Positions 39,285-49,597 of a DNA stretch of 64,000 bases are shown here, piece after piece (within the stretch, counting starts at the first letter, position 1; each line of letters starts with the position of its first letter). Source of the DNA: an uncultured bacterium. GTDB lineage: Bacteria > Zixibacteria > MSB-5A5 > JAABVY01 > JAHJOQ01. Made by a program: the position numbers and the translations under genes. Where the stretch lies: NCBI GenBank assembly GCA_965369655.1, contig CBDUQR010000010.1, positions 1 through 64,000 on the forward strand. Reading direction: 5' to 3'. A model generated the notes under the pieces. The model was given only the letters and a program-made list of their open reading frames with translations, was not told where the DNA came from and searched no databases.

Positions 39285-40738
39285 TGTTTCTCTCCGAGCA
39301 ATTCCCGAATCACCTTGCGATCATCGAATTCAACTCTCACGTCTCCGATCATCATGTAACTTTCGTGCCCTTTTCCAGCGACAAGGAGAATGTCGCCCTC
39401 TTCGCAACTCTCGAGAGCGGCAGCGATGGCGTCCTTTCGATCGGCGATGAATCGAGCTGGAACAGCGCTATCCAATCCCGGCTTAATATCCTCGATGATC
39501 GCTTCCGGGTCCTCGGATCGAGGGTTGTCGGACGTCACGACAATCTTGTCCGCGTACCGTGAGACAGCCTCGCCCATCGGCTTTCGCTTTGTCTTATCGC
39601 GATCCCCGCCGCAGCCGAACAGCACCGTCAGCTTATTCTCCGTCAGTTTTCTGCAGACCGAGCAAACATGCTCAAGAGCATCCGGAGTGTGGGCGTAATC
39701 GACGAAGATGTGTATTCCTTTGTCATTCGGGATAGATTCGAGCCGTCCGGGGACAATGTCCGAGACGCCGAGACCGCGAGCGATGGCCGCGGGATCGAGT
39801 CCTGTCGCTATCGCAAAGGCCGCAGCGCAGACGGCGTTCGAGACATTGTGCTCGCCGACGAGTTTCATCTCGACATCCTGCTCGCCGAGCGGGGTGACCA
39901 GATGAAACCGCGTGCCTTCAGGGCTGGTTGTAACATTGGTGGCGTACAAATCGGCCTTGTCGTTGCCGACTGAATAAGTCAGATATGATGAATCGACATG
40001 TCCCTTGAAAAACTCGTACTCCGAATCATCAAGGTTCAGGATCGCCCATTTCTCCTTGCCGTGCACCCTGTCGAACAACCTGGCCTTCGTCTGCTTGTAG
40101 CTCTCCATATCTCCGTGGAAATCGAGATGATCCTGAGACAGGTTCGTGATCCCGACAACGTCGAAATCGATCATCCTCACCCTGCCCGCATCGAGAGCGT
40201 GAGACGACACTTCCATGACTGCGAATTTGACTCGCTCACTCCGCATAATCCAGAGCAGGCGTTCAATCTGAAGCGACTCCGGAGTTGTGTTTGTAGCATC
40301 GAAGCGGTGGCTGCCTGCGAGATACTCGATTGTTCCGATCAGTCCCGTTCGGCGACCGCGCTCCTCGAAGATTGATTTAATCAGGTACACCACTGTGGTC
40401 TTGCCATTTGTGCCGGTCACTCCGACCACCTTCATCCGGCGGGATGGAAACTCGTAGTACTTCGAGGCAAGAAGCGCCAGCGCATGCCTCGAATCGGGAA
40501 CGATGATCTTAACCGGAACATCAGCCTCGATATCTCTCTCGGCCACAATACAGGTAGCATTGTTCGAGACTGCGTTCGAGATGAAGTCGTGGCCGTCTAA
40601 GTCTGCGCCAACGAGCGCGACAAAGATGTCGTTCTCGACGATCAGCCGTGAATTATACTCGATCTTCCCGATCTCTATCTCTGCATCCCCGATGACTTCC
40701 TTTTTCGGAAGAATCCGGATCAAATCATTGAGCTTAAT
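39281..40738 (-). CDS. murE: UDP-MurNAc-dipeptide--meso-DAP ligase (probable ATT start at 40738; alternative TTG at 40723)
   Basis: GTNGKTT, MEVSSHAL, VDYAHTPD, DNPR (DAP-type) and AGKGHE. Confidence 0.94.
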   Translation of the reverse strand: MKLNDLIRILPKKEVIGDAEIEIGKIEYNSRLIVENDIFVALVGADLDGHDFISNAVSNNATCIVAERDIEADVPVKIIVPDSRHALALLASKYYEFPSRRMKVVGVTGTNGKTTVVYLIKSIFEERGRRTGLIGTIEYLAGSHRFDATNTTPESLQIERLLWIMRSERVKFAVMEVSSHALDAGRVRMIDFDVVGITNLSQDHLDFHGDMESYKQTKARLFDRVHGKEKWAILNLDDSEYEFFKGHVDSSYLTYSVGNDKADLYATNVTTSPEGTRFHLVTPLGEQDVEMKLVGEHNVSNAVCAAAFAIATGLDPAAIARGLGVSDIVPGRLESIPNDKGIHIFVDYAHTPDALEHVCSVCRKLTENKLTVLFGCGGDRDKTKRKPMGEAVSRYADKIVVTSDNPRSEDPEAIIEDIKPGLDSAVPARFIADRKDAIAAALESCEEGDILLVAGKGHESYMMIGDVRVEFDDRKVIRELLGEKH

Positions 40739-42791
40739 GGCTTCTCTCCTTTCCCGATGAACACGTCAGCTTGACCGACTCTATACCCTGCATCAGGCTC
40801 CCCGGCGCAGGTTCCTGGTCTACGATGCTGCCGTTTCCATGCACGAACAGTTCGCAACCGCTGTTATACAGGAGAGCGGCGGCATCGCGCGCCGAGATGC
40901 CTTTCAGGTCAGGGAAGATTCCTTCTTCCATATCACGACGACATTCGCGAATCCTGATCTTAAGCGATTCATCAAGCTGTCCGCATCCGGTCGTCACCGG
41001 ACCGAGCAGGTCCGAGAACAATCTCTGTGAACCGATATCGAGTCTCTTGCCGCCAGATTCCGACGCTCTATTGGTATCCGAACCAACATGCGTTTCCACC
41101 GCGATTTTCCTGCTATCGATATCCCGCCTGGTCCTGTCGAGCAGGACGATTCTCCGGGCGATCTCGGCGAATGCCGGCGCAGCAGTGTAACCACCGTAAT
41201 TTATTTTCTGCGGTTCATCCAGGAGTACAACTCCGGCAATCATGGGGTCTTTCCGCGGAAAGAATCCGCCGAATCCTGCGATATACTTGTCAGAATGATA
41301 GCCACCGTTTTCGAGGTCAGGTTTCTGTGCAGTACCCGTCTTCCCCGAGAACAAGACCTCGTCTATGCGGGCAACTTGCGCGGTACCTGAGTCGACAACT
41401 CCAGCCATCAAATCCTGCAGCACGCGGGCTGTCTCGGTCGAAACAACCTGCCGCACCGGTTGCGGCGTGAAACGCTGTTTGAGTCGCCCCGACTCACTTC
41501 GGATTTCCTCGATCAGAAATGGTTTCATTAGTTTGCCGTCATTTGCGATTGCTGCAAACGCTGAGGCAAGCTGGAGCGCTGATGAAGACACACCGTGACC
41601 GATCGCAATCTGAGCGGTCCAGAACTCGCTCCAGTTGCGGGGTTTTTTCAGGGAACCGGCCTGTTCACCCGGAAGCTGGACGCCGGTCTTCTGACCGAAT
41701 CCGAACTGGCGGGCATACTTGAACAGGCGTTTGCCGCCAAGACTCTGGCAGAATCGCGCAGTCGCGATATTCGATGACAACTCGAATGCACGCCTGAAGG
41801 TGAGAGTGCCGTGTTCTTTGTCGTCGTGCAGGGTGCGGCGGTTAAACTTGAATTTACCCATTCCAGCCCAGATCGTGTCGGACAACGAGAACAGCTTGCT
41901 CTCAATTATCCCGGCGAATGCCACTATCTTGAATGTCGAACCGGGCTCGAAAAGATCGCTGACGATCCTGCTCTTGAATACTCGTTCCTGCTTCGCATCA
42001 TCTCCGGTCGGCGAGTAATAGTCGGCGGCAAGCAAACGCCCCGTACTCGTCTCGATGAACACCGCTATCCCTGACTTCGCATTCCATTTGTCGACCGCTC
42101 TCCTGAGTTCTTCCTCGACGACCTGTTGATATTCGCAATCGATTGTGAGTTCGATCGCACAGCCATTCTTTGGCTTCACCAACGGGATTTCCGAAGTGCT
42201 GTACACTCGACCGAATCCATCGCGCTGGAAGGCAGCACGACCCGGCTCCGGTTTGAGCAGATCATCGAACAGACGCTCGATGCCGGAGATACCAGCATTG
42301 TCGATATTGACTTCACCCAGAATATCAACCGCCAAATCGCCGTACGGGTATTCGCGTCTGAACTCCTCGTTACAACGCATGCTGTCGAGGTTGAGCGCCC
42401 TGATTGTTCTCGCGATATCCGGGTCGGTGTGCCGAGCAAGCCAGTTGAAAGAGCCCGCTCTACTCAGGAGTCGCCCAGTGAGACCTGCCTCTCCTGTGAT
42501 TCGAGATATCCTGTTACCGATCTTGCGCAACTGCTTCTTGTCGTATGCGTCCGTGAAGAACGATTCCGATGGCGTATCGAACGCCAGAGCGTTGCCGTGC
42601 CGATCGTAGATTGCTCCTCGCATCGCTGCAAGCTCGAACTCACCGTGGCACTGCAGTGACACAAGTTCCTGGAAACGTGCGCCTTCCACGATCTGAATCT
42701 GTGCGAATCGAGCAAGAATCAGGCACCATGTTAATGTCACGAATATGAAAACCAGAGCCAGCCGCTTTGCAGAAATCCTGGGAGTCTTCAC
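40734..42791 (-). CDS. ftsI: Class B penicillin-binding protein FtsI with a PASTA domain
   Basis: RGAIYDR, EPGSTFK (SxxK), SSN and KTGTAQ motifs. Confidence 0.93.
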   Translation of the reverse strand: MKTPRISAKRLALVFIFVTLTWCLILARFAQIQIVEGARFQELVSLQCHGEFELAAMRGAIYDRHGNALAFDTPSESFFTDAYDKKQLRKIGNRISRITGEAGLTGRLLSRAGSFNWLARHTDPDIARTIRALNLDSMRCNEEFRREYPYGDLAVDILGEVNIDNAGISGIERLFDDLLKPEPGRAAFQRDGFGRVYSTSEIPLVKPKNGCAIELTIDCEYQQVVEEELRRAVDKWNAKSGIAVFIETSTGRLLAADYYSPTGDDAKQERVFKSRIVSDLFEPGSTFKIVAFAGIIESKLFSLSDTIWAGMGKFKFNRRTLHDDKEHGTLTFRRAFELSSNIATARFCQSLGGKRLFKYARQFGFGQKTGVQLPGEQAGSLKKPRNWSEFWTAQIAIGHGVSSSALQLASAFAAIANDGKLMKPFLIEEIRSESGRLKQRFTPQPVRQVVSTETARVLQDLMAGVVDSGTAQVARIDEVLFSGKTGTAQKPDLENGGYHSDKYIAGFGGFFPRKDPMIAGVVLLDEPQKINYGGYTAAPAFAEIARRIVLLDRTRRDIDSRKIAVETHVGSDTNRASESGGKRLDIGSQRLFSDLLGPVTTGCGQLDESLKIRIRECRRDMEEGIFPDLKGISARDAAALLYNSGCELFVHGNGSIVDQEPAPGSLMQGIESVKLTCSSGKERSH

Positions 42792-43222
42792 TCTGATGAC
42801 CTTTCGGATGCCAGCGCGCTGGACCGCGTAAAGAACGGAACCGGCAGTTCTGAGCAGAGATATTCAAGACGCCGCAAGGCGCGATCAACGACAGTCGGAC
42901 CTGTTTCAGTAGATCCATCTGACGTCGACAGCCATACTATCTGACCCGGACGCGGAGTGGTGAGGCCGAATCTCTCTCTCGCTACCGCCCCGATCTGTTC
43001 GAGTGATTCAAGGTGCGAGACTTTGGACTGAAGGTAATCTCTGTTTTTTCGCAGCAACTCTACTTCATCGTCGAGCCTGCCGTTGTCTACTGCGACACGA
43101 GCTATGTGGTACCGTTCGAGGACGAACGCCGAGGCGAGAAGGATTACGAACAGAAGAATCCCGACCGTCTTGCCAATGGTCGCCAACCCGGCATATCGTC
43201 CGTGAAATGCCCAGAGATTCAT
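42788..43222 (-). CDS. ftsL: Cell division protein FtsL
   Basis: TM helix plus coiled coil and an ARERFGL..P motif; lies between rsmH and ftsI. Confidence 0.8.
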   Translation of the reverse strand: MNLWAFHGRYAGLATIGKTVGILLFVILLASAFVLERYHIARVAVDNGRLDDEVELLRKNRDYLQSKVSHLESLEQIGAVARERFGLTTPRPGQIVWLSTSDGSTETGPTVVDRALRRLEYLCSELPVPFFTRSSALASERSSE

Positions 43223-43292
43223 TTACACCAGCCCAGGAAGGGCAGGCCCCCACTCGCTGGGGACCTGCATCCCCCCATGAATTACAATACAG

Positions 43293-44222
43293 CTAAGAAG
43301 CAGGCGATCTCTCGGCCACACGGAGTCGGGCGCTGCGCGAACGAGGGTTCTGACTCAGCTCCCTTGCGGTCGCCTTGACCGCTCTCCGTGTGATCGAGTT
43401 CAAGGCCGTATGTTTGCCCTTCATACTGGCCTCTATCTCAGGCGGATAACCGGAATCCTTGCTCGAACGCCTGAAAAACCTTTTCACTCGCCTGTCTTCC
43501 TGGCTGTGGTACGAGATTATCGCAAGTCTTCCAGCCGGCTTAAGGAAGTTGACGAGCAACGGCAGCGCATTGTCGAGTCTGCCGAGTTCATCGTTGACTT
43601 CTATCCTGACAGCCTGCAGAAAACGAGCGGTGAATTGATTCTTTGATCTCTTTGGAAAAAGGTCCTCTACGCATGACACAAGATCACCCACAGTGCGCAT
43701 CCGACCTTCGTTTCGTCTGTCTATAACCCTCCTGACATATTTCGCCGCATTGCGGAAATCCGCATGCGATCTCAATGCCGATATCAATTCCTCTTCAGAG
43801 ACCGAATTCAGATATTCGAGAGCCGTCCTGCCCTCGGACCTGTCGAATCTCATATCGAGCTGCGTATCGTGTTGATAAGAGAAGCCTCGATTGTCATCGT
43901 CAAGCTGTGCAGAGCATATTCCAAGATCAAGGAGAATGCCGGTCAAAGTCCCGGGGCGTACGGCTGGAACCGTGCCGACTTCGTCGTATGACAGATGATG
44001 AAACTCTACGCGAGAATCGTGGAGTCTGTTCTGTGCAGCTTCGAGCATCTCAACATCCCTGTCTATGCAAATCAGCTTCCCGTCCTCTGAAAGCTCTCTT
44101 AGTATCAGTTCCGAATGTCCACCAAGGCCGCATGTCCCGTCGAGATAGGTGCCGGACCTGTCGGTTATCAAATGCTGAATGACCTCCTCGGCCAGCACCG
44201 GTATATGCTGGAGCTCCGTCAT
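43293..44222 (-). CDS. rsmH: 16S rRNA m4C1402 methyltransferase RsmH
   Basis: HIPVL, DGT.GLGGHS, LDMRFD, RIEVNDEL and NPRSRSARLR. Confidence 0.96.
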   Translation of the reverse strand: MTELQHIPVLAEEVIQHLITDRSGTYLDGTCGLGGHSELILRELSEDGKLICIDRDVEMLEAAQNRLHDSRVEFHHLSYDEVGTVPAVRPGTLTGILLDLGICSAQLDDDNRGFSYQHDTQLDMRFDRSEGRTALEYLNSVSEEELISALRSHADFRNAAKYVRRVIDRRNEGRMRTVGDLVSCVEDLFPKRSKNQFTARFLQAVRIEVNDELGRLDNALPLLVNFLKPAGRLAIISYHSQEDRRVKRFFRRSSKDSGYPPEIEASMKGKHTALNSITRRAVKATARELSQNPRSRSARLRVAERSPAS

Positions 44223-44716
44223 AGCCCAAGATCAAATCCTCTTGCAGCCTCCTCCCAACTCTTTTTGAATCCGCTGATATATTCGCTGTAGCGGTCCGGG
44301 TTCCATATCTCGATGACTTTTCCACGACCTATGACCAGGATATCTCGACTAACTTTTGCGATAGCCTGATGATTCTTTGAAATCGGAATACGCCCCTGCG
44401 AGTCGAGCACAACCTCGGAGGCCGATTCATAGAAAATCCTGCTGAAGTATCTGAACTCCGGATGAGTGTACGATCCCTCAGAGAGTTTTTCCTCTATCCT
44501 CATCCACTCGGAGACCGGATAGAGCGCCAATCCGCCGTCGAATCCTTTTGTCAACACGAAGCGGTCTTTTGCCTTCTTTGATTTCGATTTGATCGGAGCG
44601 TGAGTCTTACGGAGCGCTGCGGGCAGGGTCAGCCGATTTTTATCGTCGAGGGTCGCCTGAAACTTACCCTTGTAGCCAGTGATCTTAAATTTTGACTCTT
44701 CTCGCAGCGTTGGCAT
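44219..44716 (-). CDS. mraZ: Transcriptional regulator MraZ
   Basis: Two SpoVT/AbrB repeats (LDDKNRLTLP, LDSQGRIPI) and IEIW. Confidence 0.92.
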   Translation of the reverse strand: MPTLREESKFKITGYKGKFQATLDDKNRLTLPAALRKTHAPIKSKSKKAKDRFVLTKGFDGGLALYPVSEWMRIEEKLSEGSYTHPEFRYFSRIFYESASEVVLDSQGRIPISKNHQAIAKVSRDILVIGRGKVIEIWNPDRYSEYISGFKKSWEEAARGFDLGL

Positions 44717-44773
44717 TTCGATCTCAGCAGTTAGAGTATCACATCCTGACGAAGCGGATCAGATTCTTTCGAT

Positions 44774-44820
44774 CCCACTACCAATCCACTATCAACCACT
44801 TTTCCCCACTTGTAAACCAC
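44774..44820 (-). promoter_or_regulatory. MraZ binding repeats (five GTGG boxes)
   Basis: CCAC on the + strand at 44775, 44786, 44796, 44806 and 44817 (10-11 bp period), upstream of mraZ. Confidence 0.85.
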
Positions 44821-45100
44821 CGGCAATATCCTCGGTGACGCCCCGACTGTCAAGCGAAAAACTGTGAATAAGAAAAAAAAGATGTCTCGGCCTTCTCCAA
44901 GGGTTATAGGAACTTCCCAGCATTTCAACCGTTCACGCACTGTTTCCATTCGAAACACATACGCTTTTATGAATAATGATGCACCTAACGCACGGATGCA
45001 CAATGAGTTACGATGCACACTTTTGTGCGCAGACATGCGCTTTGATGGCAGCGCGCTTGCAAATGCTCTGTAACGGAAGGAACTCAGCAGGAGAAAGAGG

Positions 45101-47467
45101 ATGCTTCGGAAGATTCTAACACTGCTCGTATGCGCCGCGATCTCGGCAACGAGTCTGGCGTCGGATATTGTTGAACGATACACTGTCTCTCTTGACGAGA
45201 GATGGAACTCATCCGGCGGGCAGCGAATTCAAACTGCAAGTTTCACATCGGTTCGTGGTCATAGCTCTCCGGTTACATCGATTCGACTCTTTCTGCCCGG
45301 CGCGGAATCTGTGCAGGATGTCCGCGTCAGCGCAACGGCAGTTGATTCAGTAGAGGTCTCTTCCATTCCGACAGTCGATGAGTTGTTCGGACTTGTCACA
45401 ACGAGCGCGGAGGCTGAATACGATCCCTCAGTCATCGCTCCTGCCTCAGTCAGATTTGATGGAAACCCGGGAACGGCGATCGCTGGTATCATCAGCGTCG
45501 CTGGCGGGACATTCGTCGACGTCTGGGTTTCTCCATTTGCCGTCAACGAAGAGTCTGGCTGGTTTGTCACGGACTTCGATATCGATATGACGTATTCATC
45601 TGTTGAGATCGATCACGGGCGGGTGAATCGACCCGACGCAATTCTGTTGAGCGCTTATGTGAAGGACGCGATTCTCCCGGATGGCAGTACAGACATGCTG
45701 TCGGGTTCGCCGATGTTCTGCTCACAGCAGATTGAGATCGAAGGATACGTCATCATAACGTCTGATGAACTCGCCGATTCATTCCAGCCGCTGAGACATT
45801 GGAAAGCGCAGCTTGGATACGATGCATCGATCATCACGACAGAATACATCTATACAAATTATACCGGCATCGATCACCCTGAACAGATTCGCAACTTCCT
45901 GACAGATGCGTTCGACAATGGCATCAGGTGGGTTCTGCTCGGCGGCGATGAGACAGTGATTCCGATTCGCTACGCCTGCCATCTCGATACAGATGAGACG
46001 CCCGATATCGATCATCTTCAAATTTGCGATCTCTATTACGCCGATCTTACAGGCGAATGGGATACTGACGGCGACGGCGTCTATGGCGAGCCGACTCATG
46101 ACAGACCCGACTTGATACCTGAACTGTATCTCGGCAGGCTGCCTGTCGGGGATGCAACAGAAGCCGCAATGGTCGTTGCCAAATCGCTCGCCTACGAGAG
46201 AGACCCGGGCGGCGGAGAATCAGGATTCAGCACGCGCGTCATATCCGCGACTTCCGACCACATGCGCGACTACCACCGAGTCGGTCAGGACTCTCTCGTC
46301 GCCGAACTACTCCCCGAATATCTCGACGTCGATCTTGTATCACTCGCTGAGAATCTCTCCGGTTCCGATGAAGCGCCTGTTTCGCCGTACGCTCAGGAAT
46401 TCGTGTCGGTCAGCTCGCAAGGTTACAATCTCACATATATTTTCGCCCACGGCATGGTCGACGGCTTCGTCTCAAAGTCGAGCGGATACAATCACTGGCC
46501 GAAATCCTATGTCTTCACGCGGGAATCCGCGCCTGACGGTCACGGCACACTCGCCGATCTGACCAATTACAACAAGTTCGGGATCGTCTACTCGATCGGC
46601 TGCAACAACGGCGCGTTCGACATGGATTCGCCGCCGTTCGCGAACAGCTACCCCTGCATAGCAGAAAAGCTGCTGACAGATTCACTCTCAGGGGCGGTCG
46701 CGTTCGTCGGACATTCGAGGTGGGGATGGGTTTCGAGTTCATACAAGCTCGCTATCGAATTCAACAACTGCATTTTCGGCGCAGACAACCGGATCGCGGT
46801 TGCCAATGATTTCTCCAGGGCAGGCTATCACTACCTTCGAGACCTTGTGTATGGTCTGAATGTCTGCGGCGACCCGTCTCTCAGGATATGGACAGATACA
46901 CCAAGCGAACTTTCCATGTCGACACCCGGATCGCTGGATGGTGGAGAGAACACATTCACGACTACCGTCAGTTCTGCAGGGCAGGTCATCGAGTCTGCGA
47001 TTGTAACCGTAATATCGAACGGGGATGTTTTGTTTCACGGTCTGACCGGTCCCGATGGAACGATTGATATTTCGTTCAATCTCGACGCCGGTTCATCGGT
47101 GATGCTCACGGCGAGCAAGCCGGGATACCTGCCGGTCGAATCAGAAATGGCGGACTCAACGCCGCTCGATGCCGATTCAGACGACGATGACGGGATACTC
47201 CCCTCGGCTTACAGACTCGAACAGAACTATCCGAATCCGTTCAACCCGATAACGACGATTGCTTTCACGATTCCGCAGTCGTTAAGTGTCGGCGTTGAGG
47301 TATTCAATCTGACTGCGCAGTTAGTTTTCTCGACCGGCGTCTGTCATCTTCAGGCCGGGAATCACGAAGTCGACGTCGATGCATCTGCCTGGCCGAGCGG
47401 TATCTATTTCTACCGGATCAGAGCGGGCGGATTCACAGATATCAAAAAGATGATCCTGTTGAAGTGA
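45101..47467 (+). CDS. C25 (gingipain-family) cysteine peptidase with a T9SS type A C-terminal sorting domain
   Basis: Signal peptide, YVIIT, VLLGGD, DLYYADL, GRLP, catalytic AHG and IGC..GAFD, GDPSL; CTD LEQNYPNPFNP...SGIYFYRI...KKMILLK. Confidence 0.9.
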   Translation: MLRKILTLLVCAAISATSLASDIVERYTVSLDERWNSSGGQRIQTASFTSVRGHSSPVTSIRLFLPGAESVQDVRVSATAVDSVEVSSIPTVDELFGLVTTSAEAEYDPSVIAPASVRFDGNPGTAIAGIISVAGGTFVDVWVSPFAVNEESGWFVTDFDIDMTYSSVEIDHGRVNRPDAILLSAYVKDAILPDGSTDMLSGSPMFCSQQIEIEGYVIITSDELADSFQPLRHWKAQLGYDASIITTEYIYTNYTGIDHPEQIRNFLTDAFDNGIRWVLLGGDETVIPIRYACHLDTDETPDIDHLQICDLYYADLTGEWDTDGDGVYGEPTHDRPDLIPELYLGRLPVGDATEAAMVVAKSLAYERDPGGGESGFSTRVISATSDHMRDYHRVGQDSLVAELLPEYLDVDLVSLAENLSGSDEAPVSPYAQEFVSVSSQGYNLTYIFAHGMVDGFVSKSSGYNHWPKSYVFTRESAPDGHGTLADLTNYNKFGIVYSIGCNNGAFDMDSPPFANSYPCIAEKLLTDSLSGAVAFVGHSRWGWVSSSYKLAIEFNNCIFGADNRIAVANDFSRAGYHYLRDLVYGLNVCGDPSLRIWTDTPSELSMSTPGSLDGGENTFTTTVSSAGQVIESAIVTVISNGDVLFHGLTGPDGTIDISFNLDAGSSVMLTASKPGYLPVESEMADSTPLDADSDDDDGILPSAYRLEQNYPNPFNPITTIAFTIPQSLSVGVEVFNLTAQLVFSTGVCHLQAGNHEVDVDASAWPSGIYFYRIRAGGFTDIKKMILLK

Positions 47468-48326
47468 ACGGGCGAACCACGGCCAGCCATACGCAGCGCA
47501 GAATGCCCGACAGTGTCAGCAGAAATGCAATCAGAATGTTCGGGAGCAGGTAGCGAACGCCGCGATGGTGTTTGAAGAAGTATTTCACAAAGCCGCAGTG
47601 CGAGTGCAGCGTTTTTCTGAACGGCACCTGCCGAAGCGACTGACCGCCGATATGGATGACGCTTGTGTCAGGTGTGAATAATATCTTCCCGCCCGAATCT
47701 GCGATCCTCTTGCAGTAGTCTACGTCGTTGAACAGCAACCTGAATCGGACATCGAGTTCGCCAATCCTGTCGATAACATCGCGCCTGAACATGATCGCCG
47801 AAAAATACGGCTGCTCGACAATCGTGTCTTTATCATGCGAGAACCAGCCCATTTTCCAGCGAGAGAAACGATCTGATCGCGGAAAGATATACGACAACAG
47901 CAGATGATGGTAGATAACATCCGAGTGACGGGGAAGCGTCCGACACGATCTCTGGACAGTTCCATCCGGATTCAGAAGACGTGGAGCGACAGCCATAAAT
48001 TCCGGACTCTGTCTCAGCTTGTCCACGAGAATGGCTATGGCGTCGCGCTGAAGCTCCGTGTCCTGATTCAGCAGAAACAGGAAGTCCCCGTCGGCAGCAA
48101 GCAACCCGCGATTGACAGACGCGGCATAGCCGAGGTTTTTCCGGTTCGTGATGATCTCCACATCGGAGAACTCAGATCCGACCATCGCTCCGGCGCCATC
48201 CGGAGAGGCGTCATCGACGACGATGACCTGCAACTCGAATTCGATCTGTGATTTCAGAACGCTTTGCAGGCACTTGCCGATAACATTTCGTCCGAGATAG
48301 AGTGGGATCATCACGGATACACGCAT
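47442..48326 (-). CDS. Glycosyltransferase family 2
   Basis: VVDDASPD, NLGYA...NRG, LLNQD and DVDYC. Confidence 0.88.
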   Translation of the reverse strand: MRVSVMIPLYLGRNVIGKCLQSVLKSQIEFELQVIVVDDASPDGAGAMVGSEFSDVEIITNRKNLGYAASVNRGLLAADGDFLFLLNQDTELQRDAIAILVDKLRQSPEFMAVAPRLLNPDGTVQRSCRTLPRHSDVIYHHLLLSYIFPRSDRFSRWKMGWFSHDKDTIVEQPYFSAIMFRRDVIDRIGELDVRFRLLFNDVDYCKRIADSGGKILFTPDTSVIHIGGQSLRQVPFRKTLHSHCGFVKYFFKHHRGVRYLLPNILIAFLLTLSGILRCVWLAVVRPFTSTGSSF

Positions 48327-49597
48327 CAGCGAATCACACTCCTGAGTATTTCGTCCATTCCTGACGCTATCCGGGACCAGCTATACTCGTCGATGCCATT
48401 TCTCCTGCCGATGACAACCCGTGGAGTGGCAGCGAGTTCAGATATCCGCCGGTCCCACGTATCGAGAGTCGATGCATCGATCAGGATCGTGTGATCAAAC
48501 GATGATAGCAGATTCCATGCTGAACCCTCCCTCGGAACCACTCCGATCACCGGTTTAGCTTCACGGAGAGCTTCGTATATCTTGCCCGGTATTGTCGACT
48601 CCAGATGCGCATCAGGTGCAAGCGTAACAAGGCTGGCATCGCAATAGTGCATCGCTGCGACAGCATCGGCGTGATTGAGATAGCCGTGCAGATGTACGAG
48701 TACTCCTGTTGGATCGATCTCTCTGATCCGTCGTTCGATCCAACCGCTGACCACGCCGTAGATATGCAGTTGGAGGTCATGCTCTCCGGCACTGCCGATA
48801 AGAGCCTCGAACAACCGGGGAACATAAGTCAGTTCATTGAGACTTCCGCAGTATGCGATGCGAAATGCGTTATCGTCTTTCGCAGTCGGACCGATTGCAG
48901 AGAACATCGTTTCGTCGTATCCGTTGGGAACGAGATGCATCTCCGGAATCATACTATCAGACTCGGTACGAAGGCTCTCCATGTGTCCGTGCGAAACCAG
49001 TGTGAGCGCATCGGCATTGCGGTAGATCGATTCCCTGAGACTATCATACAAGCGCCTGTGGAGCGGAGTTCTGAAGCGCAGTCTCGATTGTGAGAACCAG
49101 ACATCGCGAAAATCGGATACCCATCCAATGCCGTAGAGCTTGCTTATCAGGCCTCCAACGAGATGAATCGACGGTGGAGGCGAACTCGTCAGAACAACAT
49201 CCGGCCTCGTGCGCTCGATCAACGCGGGCAGTGAACGAATCATGTTCAACGCAGCGACGATCTTGTTGTCTGGCAACATCAGCCAGCCGGAAAGCCCTGC
49301 TGTTGATTTTGGCGATTGGGGACCGGACGACGCGCTCCTGAATGCCCGCACGAGAGATGAAGGCGCGAGCGGATTGACACGGTGAATAGTTGTATCGCGC
49401 GGAATCTCATCGAGCAACGTCTTATCATACGCAGGATAGTCTACAGGTCGAACAGTCAGGACTGTCACCTTCCATCCAAGCTCTGAGAGATGCCGCACGA
49501 GATACGTCGCCCGCTGGACCCCGCCCATGCCGAGAGGCGGGAAATAGTAGGTGACGTACAGAAGGCTATTTCGCCGTGGTCCTGACAATGCTCTCAA
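48326..49597 (-). CDS. Glycosyltransferase family 4-like
   Basis: YYFPP..GGVQR, TSSPPPS.H, DFRD.W, VPNGYD and PGKIYE. Confidence 0.85.
   Translation of the reverse strand: MRALSGPRRNSLLYVTYYFPPLGMGGVQRATYLVRHLSELGWKVTVLTVRPVDYPAYDKTLLDEIPRDTTIHRVNPLAPSSLVRAFRSASSGPQSPKSTAGLSGWLMLPDNKIVAALNMIRSLPALIERTRPDVVLTSSPPPSIHLVGGLISKLYGIGWVSDFRDVWFSQSRLRFRTPLHRRLYDSLRESIYRNADALTLVSHGHMESLRTESDSMIPEMHLVPNGYDETMFSAIGPTAKDDNAFRIAYCGSLNELTYVPRLFEALIGSAGEHDLQLHIYGVVSGWIERRIREIDPTGVLVHLHGYLNHADAVAAMHYCDASLVTLAPDAHLESTIPGKIYEALREAKPVIGVVPREGSAWNLLSSFDHTILIDASTLDTWDRRISELAATPRVVIGRRNGIDEYSWSRIASGMDEILRSVIR

Noticed and set aside
44731-45183. 150-aa minus-strand ORF upstream of mraZ
   Set aside because: It spans the MraZ boxes and the divergent promoter region, overlaps the C25 start and has no coding features.
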